Shown piece after piece: positions 48,758 through 60,265 of a stretch of 64,000 nucleotides of DNA (position 1 is its first letter; every line of letters begins with the position of its first letter). The notes beneath the pieces were generated by a model. The model saw only the letters and a list, made by a program, of their open reading frames with translations. It did not search any database and had not been told where the DNA came from. Source of the DNA: Octopus sinensis (Eukaryota); the NCBI RefSeq assembly GCF_006345805.1, contig NC_043021.1, forward strand, positions 25,854,001 to 25,918,000. The letters are read 5' to 3'. A program made the translations under genes and the position numbers.

Positions 48758-49059
48758 CTGAAAAAGAGAGAAAAGCAAGAGGTGGATATTCTTAGAGTGT
48801 GGTTAATAAGTGTGGAGGCATAAGGTCACGGTTTCAATTGCTGGATCAGGTAGTGTACTGTGTTCTTGAGCAAAACATTTTCATTTGACATTGCACCGTC
48901 CACTCAGCTGTAACCGAGTCACCCGGCAATGGACTGGCATCCTATCCAGGGGGAATGTTGTATTCTCACTTTTATTTCATAGAAGCTGGATAACTGGACC
49001 TTCGAGTCCCAGGACTTGAGATACAAATGTCCAGCATTGGGAGGATGTGTAATAAGGTG

Positions 49060-49398
49060 GGGTTGGCAACTGGCTTGGTAGACACCCACAAAATTATCCA
49101 CCATCTTTCCAACAACGACTTTGGGCACCTTTTTGAGTTCCATATGTCAAACATTCATGGAAATGCAAACACAACACAGCAGCCATGACTTTTGGAAACT
49201 CTTTCCATGCTCAGAATTGCTGAAACAGGCTAAATTCCCCACACCAGTCATTAGCTGTCGGGACAGGACGTCCTTTAAAGCTCGGCCCATTCACAATTCA
49301 TTTCCCCTGCATTATTCTATTTATTGGTCATGCATTCTTGGTCACTTTTCCTGACGAGTTGTGGTGCACCTGAGCACTGAGCACTGTATACAATAAGG
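49060..49398 (+). mobile_element. Second, more decayed 3' fragment of the same CR1-type family
   Basis: LVDTHKIIHHLSNN...HSSHDF matches ORF 812..1138; shares 3' end gttg(t/c)ggtgcacctg...actgtatacaataa. Confidence 0.75.
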
Positions 49399-49510
49399 TC
49401 CCCTCTCTCTCTCTTTTGGAGAGGCACTGAGCAGCTATACGCACACATACACACACGGCAGTAACTTCCACCTACCAAATTCAATCACAAAGCTCCGGTC
49501 GGCTCGGGGC

Positions 49511-49543
<33 letters not shown>

Positions 49544-49752
49544 ATGTGAAATAGAAAGATGAATAATCTTGTAGTAGATTAATCAAAAGTTTAACCGATA
49601 CCTTAGTAGCAAAAATCACAGCAGTAAACAGCACGGTTGGAGGTACAACCATCTGGCGTTGCAACCGTGCGTTGGTGCGGATAATTGAAATTAAAACATT
49701 ATTGGTGAATTGAAGAAATGGAGCTGAACGCAGATTGAACAGAAATCGTTTT

Positions 49753-49842
49753 ATTTCATTCTACACGTGTTTCGAAAGGCACAAATTACCAAAATCCGAT
49801 TGAATAATGGGACCATATTGTGTCTTTCTCTTCAGGAAGAAA
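49753..49842 (-). ncRNA. Identical hammerhead ribozyme in the left arm (sense to gene B pre-mRNA)
   Basis: Reverse complement of 51960-52048. Confidence 0.8.
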
Positions 49843-51959
49843 AAAAGGAAATCCGTTGGAAAAACAAAAACAGAACAGAGGCGGAGCAAAAACAAATCGA
49901 ACTATGCTCCTAAGAGCCCATGGCGAAACTGTTTATCAGTGTATGTTGAGAACGGTGGCTGAAGAATTCAACGGGTCAGGCATCGGTCAATCATGTGGGT
50001 GAGGGTGTATAGATGTTCTTTGTGACCGAGAATAAAGTTCTGACTATTTAAGGAATATTGGATGTTTTATAAGGGGCGAGAAAAAATCTACTTAGAGACG
50101 TGTGTGTGTGTATACTGCTCTATATATGTGTGTGTTGGCGTAGGGGTAGAAAACATTTTTTGTGTACGTGTGTGCGTTTGATCGTTCGGCTGTCAGTGGC
50201 TACTGCCGTGATAACCGTTGGGTGGCAGAAAGAAAAAAATATATATATATATTATGTTTTATGTGTGTGTGTGTTCATCTAAGCCTGCCTTGTCAAGGAA
50301 ACCCCCCGCTGTGAAAAAACCAAGCCCCGTTTGTCTTACAGGAGTAATTCCCCTTGCAGTGGTTAATCGTAGATATCTTAAAGGCTATTTCAGAATTGTT
50401 ACCAAGGGCTATGGGTGCCGGTATTATTTATAAACGCTATTTAAAAGCCAGATAGCTTAAGTTCGTATCCTTCAGTCGCCATATTAGCTTACTGAGTCCC
50501 GTGGTCTGGCGCTTGTTCACGTCCCGAAAAGTTGCGTAATGATTGGAGACACGCAAAGACAATCTTGAGGATGATGCCCCTACATAAGTGAAGACATCTG
50601 AGTCCGTGTAAACCTTGCATTGGTAGACGGCGTTTTTGATCTTGGAGTTCGCCGACGTGAATCTTAATCTGCTAGGATTAGTTTCTGAAATTAGAACTGC
50701 GTTCCTGTCACTATATTCGTTCCGAGACCTGCAGCCGCTTACTACTCTATTTTCCACTACGTCACTATTAACTATAGGAATAACCCCTGATTCTCCACTA
50801 TCTATCAGAGTGCTGTCATTGCTACTGCCCGTGGTGCTGCTATTGCGGGAAATGATGCTGGGGATGCTATTGGGGCTCTCTACCCTACTCCCATTGTTAC
50901 CGTCAACCACAACACCCCTATTTATAACTATACCCCTAGTGGGTACTCCTGGCTGGAGCTGAGATTATGTGTCACTGTACTGGCTCTCATATCATTATTA
51001 CTACTATAATTATTCCTACTGAGCATTAAACTGGGAGCGGAAGAGGCTGTGCCTCCGGAAAAAGGTGATAGGGTCTTAGTAAGTAGCCTATTATTATGGG
51101 AGGCGATTATCTGGGCGAGGTTTTTAGTGTTGGAGAAAGCTATCCTAACTTTACGAACTTAAGGATACGAACTTAAGCTATAGGCTGGAATGGTCAATTT
51201 TGTCGGTGGCCCTCCCATTTGATAGGAGCAGAAGACAGTGCAACCTTTGTGTCTCCGAACTCTTCCATATTTTGTTTGCCAGAGGCCGGATGGTAAACGG
51301 GCTCCTACAGTCGGCTTTTCGATGCCCCCATTGGCGGCGTTACACTTATCTGGCTTTTAAATAGCGTTTATAAATAATACCGGCACCCATAGCCCTTGGT
51401 AACAAATTCTGAAATAGCCTTTAAGATATCTACGATTAACCACTGCAAGGGGAATTACTCCTGTAAGACAAACGGGGCTTGGTTTTTTCACAGCGGGGGG
51501 TTTCCTTGACAAGGCAGGCTTAGATGAACACACACACACATAAAACATAATATATATATATATTTTTTTCTTTCTGCCACCCAACGGTTATCACGGCAGT
51601 AGCCACTGACAGCCGAACGATCAAACGCACACACGTACACAAAAAATGTTTTCTACCCCTACGCCAACACACACATATATAGAGCAGTATACACACACAC
51701 ACGTCTCTAAGTAGATTTTTTCTCGCCCCTTATAAAACATCCAATATTCCTTAAATAGTCAGAACTTTATTCTCGGTCACAAAGAACATCTATACACCCT
51801 CACCCACATGATTGACCGATGCCTGACCCGTTGAATTCTTCAGCCACCGGTTCTCAACATACACTGATAAACAGTTTCGCCATGGGCTCTTAGGAGCATA
51901 GTTCGATTTGTTTTTGCTCCGCCTCTGTTCTGTTTTTGTTTCTCTAACGGATTTCCTTT

Positions 51960-52048
51960 TTTCTTCCTGAAGAGAAAGACACAATATGGTCCCATTATTC
52001 AATCGGATTTTGGTAATTTGTGCCTTTCGAAACACGTGTAGAATGAAA
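51960..52048 (+). ncRNA. Minimal type I hammerhead ribozyme in the PLE pLTR (right arm)
   Basis: ttc-CTGAAGA-gaaag...ctttc-GAAA-c-acgt-g-TA-gaa: complete core, 5-bp stem II plus extension, stem III with palindromic ACGT loop, GUA site, short stem I. Confidence 0.8.
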
Positions 52049-52309
52049 TAAAACGATTTCTGTTCAATCTGCGTTCAGCTCCATTTCTTCAATTCACCAA
52101 TAATGTTATATATATATATATATATATATTAAACAGTGGTGCATCAACATGGCTGCAGCTATGAGATGAAACTACACCAAAATAAATATATATATAATCA
52201 TTTAAGATAATATAACATGAAATGAGGTAATGTCAGCTGAAAACTATTCGATTTACAGCTGGATGCCCTCGTAGTGTTAACCCTTCAGTCAGGCAAACCA
52301 AAGTCGTCA

Positions 52310-52840
52310 TCATTGGCGTCATCATCCACTTTTCTATTTTCATATGGGTTGGACAGAATTTGTTGAGACAGATTTTTCTACAACTGGGTGCTCTTCTTGT
52401 TGCCAACCCTCACTTGTTTCCAAGTAAAGTAACATCTCATGAACAGACATGCTTTCATGGAAGATTGGAAATGAAGGCCACTGCTTGGTTGATGGAAACA
52501 TCTATTGACAGCTATTACATAATGTCAAGACAAGGAGAAAGTCACACACACACATATACATACATGCATATACATATGTATAAACACAGACACACACACA
52601 TATATTTGTCCACACACACATATATACTCAACTCTGTGTCTATCAAGCTGTTTCCTCTCCCCCACATCACACACACACACAATGGACTTCTATAAGTTCC
52701 TGTCAACCACGTCCATTCACAAGGCTTTGGTTGGCCTGGGGTTATAGTAAAAGACACTTGCCCAAGGTGCCATGCAGTGGGACTGAACCTAGAACTATGC
52801 AGTTGAGAAGGAAACCTTTTACCATGCAGCCACATCTGCA
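52310..52840 (-). mobile_element. SINE, family A head with RTE-type tail
   Basis: Same modules as 45375-45735. Confidence 0.75.
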
Positions 52841-52912
52841 CTTCATGTGCATCAGAAAATGAAAATCTTCAAACAGAATATTCTAAATCGAGAAAAGAGA
52901 CGTTGGACGTAC

Positions 52913-53166
52913 CCGTAAATCCAGTTGGTTCATCTCTTGCAGCAAGTAAAGACGAGCAGTCACTTTGCACGTTCGGATCCTCAAAAAGTCCACAGTCAAC
53001 CGCAGCCGCTCATTGTGCCGGATTGCAAACGTCATTGTGCATATGCGCGCACGTTTCGATTTGTTGCCATTGGCTACGATGTCCTGCACATTATAAGGGT
53101 AGAGGTGTATGACTTTGGTAGGATTGTATTCAAGAAATGTGCACCTGTCCTTCTTGTACATATACA
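52913..53166 (-). CDS. Gene B exon 2: N-terminal part of CUB-like ectodomain (YMYKKDRC...ICTMTFAIRHNERLRLTVDFLRIRTCKV...DLR)
   Basis: Strong acceptor tttttcttttctctcgttcgttccag, donor CGG|GTACGT; phase 1 to 0; beta-strand/Cys pattern resembles CUB-like domains. Confidence 0.85.
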
Positions 53167-53418
53167 CTGGAACGAACGAGAGAAAAGAAAAATGAAAATA
53201 ACATGTGTGTGGGTGTGGTGGATGTCAACACCCACTAACCTTTGTCAGATTGTCTGATGAAGGCTTGCAGGTGAAAACTTTAAAGTGACTGTCACACCTC
53301 TTCTTAAAGAAGGTTAATTAACATCCACTCTACACAAAACAAAAAGGTATTGAGTGATTCTTCAGTTTAGACATAAATTGGTTTTATATATAACTTGACA
53401 TAAAAACAAACATCAATA

Positions 53419-53454
<36 letters not shown>

Positions 53455-54982
53455 AATATACAAATAATGAGCAAATTTATAATGCACTACGCAGGGTTTT
53501 GAGGTAGTTTTAAAATTAAAGGTTGAAACTGCACTGTTTCAATAAACATAGAATTTAACCTTGCTGTGAAAAGTAAGATGTACCATTTTACCATTTTAAC
53601 ATTTTAGTAGCCATAAAATTTAGCTCTGCTCTGAAAAATGTTTTATCTCCTAATGGGCAAAAAGTAGAATCAGTGTGACTGGTTTCTAGTCTTGTTAGGT
53701 CTTCATCAGAGAAAGATTCCCCACCTTCTTGCCCAGTGCAAGATCATTAGAGTGTAGCTATTTATAGAACATAAAAACTTCAGCAGAGCCAACCTCGTCT
53801 GTCTGATTTGTACAACAGAGCAGACAGTGACAACATGGATTAAGTAATAGTGCCCCAGCATGGCCACAGCCTCATGGCTGAAACATATAAAAGAGTATAC
53901 AGTGTTTCTGAATGATTTGAAATGCCAGATTTGCCTTTTTTAATAAACATATACAGGTGCAGGGGTGGCCACGAAACCACTGGTTTCAGGGTCAGTCTCA
54001 CTGCATTCCACCTTGGGCAAGTGCTTTCTACTATAACCCTAGGCCGACCAAGCACTCAAGACAAAAAAACACATGCAGAAATATTCATACACACACACAC
54101 ACTCACACACACACACATGGATATACACACATATATATAAATATTTATGTGTGCCTTTGTCTTGAGTGTCATTGTCACACAAGCAGTGTGATTTATTTTT
54201 AAAATTCTGTGAAAATTTGTCTGGCCATAGGGAATAATCACCTTGTTTGGAAACAGGTGAGGATTGGTGACTGGAAGGGGCTCTGGCCATAGAATATCTG
54301 CTTCAATAAACTCTGCCTGACCGATGGGAGCATGGAAAAATGGATGTTAAAGTGGTGGTGGTGGTGGTAGAGCCTCACTGTGATAAGTAAATAAAATGGA
54401 AGTGTCAGGAAATTCTTGTTCAGACATTCCACTACATGACCATTTGGTGCATGAATGACACTTGGCCTGCAAATCTCAACTGCTTTACCTTCAAACCCAA
54501 ATAAACACAAACCTCTCATCAGCTGTCAACCAAAAATCATCACAATTTCATATACACAAACCTATCTATAATAATATGAATAGACTGTAGTTTTTGTTCA
54601 AATTATGCTACATATGTTTCAACAGCATGGCTGTTTATTTGTTTACCATGTATTACTTAGTATGAGATTACCTTAGATGAATTATATAACCAAACCATCT
54701 CTTCAGGCATTTTGAACATTTAACAGTTTATGCCAGAGTGCTACTGAATTAATCACAATGATTATTGAGGTCCCCATTGATACATGAATATATTTATCTA
54801 TCATATCTTTGTGTGTGTGTGTGTGTGTGCACATGCACACAAGTTTACTTTATTTGTTATATGTTCTGTTGGAAAGTTTATTGAATTGAAAGCTGATCAA
54901 GTGGACAAAACAACAACAACAACAATATGAAGAACCGACTGATCAACAACAACAATATAACAATGAATTATGAAGAACTTAC

Positions 54983-55085
54983 TTGTGTTATTTGACATCG
55001 TCATTGCATGTAGACTGCACACTGTTATGAAGAAGAAGAAGAAGTAAGGAAACCACCAGGCACCTTGAACTGAGTTAGTTAACAT
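54983..55085 (-). CDS. Gene B exon 1: signal peptide MLTNSVQGAWWFPYFFFFFITVCSLHAMTMSNNT
   Basis: ATG at 55085, hydrophobic core, donor A|GTAAGT; phase 1 matches exon 2. Confidence 0.75.
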
Positions 55086-56479
55086 CAGGCAAGTAAGACA
55101 GTTGGTCACTTCTCAATGGCAATTGACTGGCTGTGGTGTTGACGCTGCAATTAACAAATGATGTCAGTGTTTTTATGGAATAAGAGACAGACACGCATGT
55201 CAGACACATTCCAGTTTTAGCAGCACATATTCAGGGTGGAAAGAAGCTTCTAGTGCATTGAAGCTTGTAATGTAGCCCCAACTTAGCAAAAAGGGTCCAG
55301 GGTGATTTTTTGGAGATATTTTGGAGGGAAAAAAATGTGTCTTAGATGCAATGAAATATGCTAATTATATAACAAAGTCCTCTTCTTCATCACCATCATT
55401 TTTTCATGCCTACTTTTCATCCTTACTTTTCACACCCACTATTCATGGTATGGGGGGGGGATCATCTTAGTCCAAGACATTTCTTGTTGGAATCCCCTAC
55501 TTCCATAAACTAGTGTTTTTTTATATGGTTTCTAGGGTTGGATGCCCTTCCTAACACTTTACACAGAGTTCTGCATTTATTTATGTCACTAAGACTTGAG
55601 TACACAGTGACATAAGGCTTGCAGACAATTCAAGATGCTCAACCGGTGCTTCACCATTATTTAACTAGATTGACTGAATTCAAAAGCTTAATTTTTTTCA
55701 ACATATTGTTAAACTCTAATGTTATTATTCCTTCAATGTAATATTAGGAAACAGTGGAAAAAATAACATGAGATAAACTGGACAACAGGCAATAACGGAA
55801 CATAAGTGGCTAAAATAAATGGACAAAAGTCAAAGAGCTCACTGATTACTGAGAATTCAAAATATCATTTTCAACCCCTTTTACTGTGGAAATCAAATAT
55901 ATTCACGCAAAATTCCATTACTCTTAACAGCAGAAAGTTTTATACAACAATCTAACTTTTGTCGAGGAATATCATAATTCAAACTATTTTTCATAAAGTT
56001 ATGTCAAGTTTATAAAGGTAACATGACTTACATAAAATACAAATTCTATTTTTGGAAAGATATTTAACATTGTTACTGGAATCACCACAACATATAATTT
56101 CACAGTCTGTTACAAAGAACAAATTGTTCACCATGTAATTCTTCAATGTCTAATATATCCCTGATGATATTTTTCTCACAACTTATAAATGCAAATTTAT
56201 TACATAAATTTATAATTTTTTCAGTATAAATTGAAACAATTGTAGGAATGATTATCAATATGTTAATAAATTAATTATCAACCATTAATGCTCCATTTTC
56301 TTCTCTTAATTGAATATAGATTATATGCATAATATATACCTATTCATTTTAGGGAAATTTTTTCCCAATAATATAAGGTATAAAACCAGTGTAATCTTGG
56401 ATGTAATTACATCTTTGAGAGATTAATATATCCACACATTAACTTCAATGATTAGCATTTATATATTGCTTCATTTATA

Positions 56480-56529
<50 letters not shown>

Positions 56530-56611
56530 TATATATATATATATGATTATATACATATATATATATAATAGAATTACTGTGAAGCATTGTGTAGAATATA
56601 TTGTATAAAGG

Positions 56612-56880
56612 ATCGTGGGTAAGGCCAAAACAATGCCAAGTAAATGCAAGGTAAATCACAAGAAAACAAATATGTGAATTGATGTAGACTTATCTTGTAT
56701 TCAATATTTCGGGGTTATGACTCTATTTTCAAGAAATTTATGATTGTTGATAATCGTCAATTTCTTGAAAATGGTGTTTTAACCCTGGAATATTGAATAC
56801 AAGTCTACATTAATTCACATATTTGTTTTCTTGTGATTTACCTTGCATTTATTTCGCATTGTTTTGGCCTTATCCACAAT
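56612..56880. repeat. ~270-bp imperfect palindrome (foldback element)
   Basis: taaggccaaaacaatg..taaatgcaaggtaaatcacaagaaaacaaatatgtgaatt pairs with 56808-56872; stem continues to a ~5-nt loop near 56749. Confidence 0.85.
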
Positions 56881-56971
56881 TCGCGAGAATGGAGAGAAGC
56901 ACAGATGTCGACTTGGGATTTGCGGTTGCTTTAGGACAATTCATGAGGCATCCATTTTCCAAGTTTAGGAA

Positions 56972-56998
56972 AATATATATACATATATATATACACAC

Positions 56999-57031
<33 letters not shown>

Positions 57032-57299
57032 CACATATATATATACACATACATATATACACATATATATATATACAACACATACATATATATACACATA
57101 TATATATACACATATATATATATATATACACATACATATATACATATATATACACATATATATATACACATACATATATATACACATATATATATACACA
57201 TACATATATACATATATATACACATATATATATATACATACATATATATATACATACATATATATATACATATATATATACATACATATATATATATAC

Positions 57300-57330
<31 letters not shown>

Positions 57331-57499
57331 CATATATATATACACATATATATACACATACATATATACACATATATATACACATACATATATATACACA
57401 TATATATACACATACATATATATACACATATATATACACATACATATATATACACATATATATATACACATATACATATATATATACACATATATATAT

Positions 57500-57538
<39 letters not shown>

Positions 57539-59825
57539 TATACATATATATATATATACACATACATATATACATATACACATATATACACATACATATA
57601 TACATATACACATATATACACATACATATATACATATACACATATATATATATATATACACATATATAAATATATATACACATACATATATATATACACA
57701 TACATATATATATATATACACATACATATATATATACACATACATATATATATACACACATATATATACACATACGTATATACATATATATATATATACA
57801 CATACATATATATATATACACACACATATATATACACATACATATATATATATACACACATATATATATACACACATATATATACACATACGTATATACA
57901 TATATATATATACACATACGTATATACATATATATATATACACATACATATATATACATATATATACACATACATATATACACATATATATACACATACA
58001 TATATACACATACATATATACACATACATATATATATATACATATATATATACATATATATATACATACACATATATATATATACATACACATATATACA
58101 CATACATATATACATATACACATATATATACACACATATATATACACATATATATACACACATACATATATATATACATATATACACATACATATATATA
58201 TACATATATACATATATATATATACATATACATATATATATACACATATATACACATATACACATATATACACATATATATATACATATACATATATATA
58301 TATATACACATACATATATATATATACACATACATATATATATATACATATATATATATACACATACATATATATACATATATACACATATATATATACA
58401 CATATATACACATACATATATATACATATATACACATACATATATATACATATATACACATACATACATATATACACATACATACATATATATATACACA
58501 CATACATACATATATATATACACACACATACATACATATATATATACACACATACATACATACATATATATATACACACATACATACATACATATATATA
58601 TACACACATACATACATACATATATATATACACACATACATACATACATATATATATACACACATACATACATACATATATATATACACACACATACATA
58701 CACACATATATATATACACACACATACATACATACATATATATATACACACACATACATACATACATATATATATACACACACATACATACATACATATA
58801 TATATACACACACATACATACATATATATATACACACACATACATACATACATATATATATACACACAATACATACATACATATATATATATACACACAC
58901 ATACATACATACATAATATATACACACACACATATATATAATATCACACCACAATATATATATATACACACACACACATATATATATTACACACACACAT
59001 ATATATATATATACACACCACACATATATAATATAACACACACAACATATATATATATTACACACACACATATATATATATATACACACACACAATATAT
59101 ATATTATACACACCACACACATATATATATATACACACACACACATATATATATATACACACCACACATAATATATATACACACACACACACATATATAT
59201 ATATACACACACACATATATATATATACACACACACACATATATATATATACACACACACACACATATATATACACACACCAACATATATATATATAATA
59301 TATACACATACATACTATATATTACACATACATATATATATATACATATATATATACACATACATATATATACATTATATACACCTATATATATACACAT
59401 ATATACACATATATATAAACATATACACATACATATATACATATATACACATACATATATATACATATAACACATAATATATCTACCATATATACACATA
59501 CATAATATATTACACATACCATACATATATATATATACACACAACATACATATATATACACACACATACATACATATATATATACACACATACATACATA
59601 CATATATAATACAACATACATACATACATATATATTACCACACATACATACATACATATATATATACACACTACATACATACATATATATATACACAACA
59701 ACATACACAACATATATATATACACACACATACATACATACATATATATATACAACACATAATACTACATATATATATACACACACATACATACATACAT
59801 ATATATACACACCCACATACATACA

Positions 59826-59861
<36 letters not shown>

Positions 59862-60265
59862 CACACACATACATACATACATATATATATACACACACAT
59901 ACATACATACATATATATAATACCACACACATATATATATATATACACACACACACATATATATATACACACACACATATATATATATATACACACACAC
60001 ATATATATATTATACACACCACAATATATATATATACCACAACACAATATATATATACACACACACACACAATATATATATACACACACACACTATATAT
60101 ATATACACACACACCACATATATATATATACACACCACACATATATATATACACACCACAACCTATATATATATACACACACACACATATATATATATAC
60201 ACACACACACATATTATATATACAACACACAATAATAATATATATATATTATATTATATATATTA
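56972..60265. repeat. ~3.3-kb compound TA/CA/TACA microsatellite
   Basis: Source of the long Y/I/H/T and C/V/Y/M pseudo-ORFs. Confidence 0.97.

Larger units (their letters stand above)
49543..52107 (-). mobile_element. Penelope-like element, 5'-truncated, with an inverted pseudo-LTR copy (~760-bp inverted arms)
   Basis: Minus: KVRIAFSNTKNLAQIIASHN linker and AVYQCKV...YVGAS..RLSLRVSNH..TTGLSKLIWRLKD (GIY-YIG). Plus from ~51158: KDTNLSYRLEWSIL..CNLC..HWRRYTYLAFK*. Arms 49695-50454 and 51347-52107; (TA)n on both flanks. Confidence 0.92.

Noticed and set aside
52925-53257. 110-aa plus-strand ORF
   Set aside because: Antisense shadow of gene B exon 2, which has strong splice sites on the minus strand.
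53245-53285. ctgatgaaggcttgcaggtgaaaac hammerhead-like motif
   Set aside because: No proper stem II or stem III/NUH; at most a decayed remnant or a chance match.
56823-60232. Very long ORFs (666-802 aa) on both strands
   Set aside because: Stop-free translations of TA/CA/TACA repeats (Y/I/H/T, C/V/M); no splice or domain evidence. The same applies to 40080-40627 and 63341-63965.
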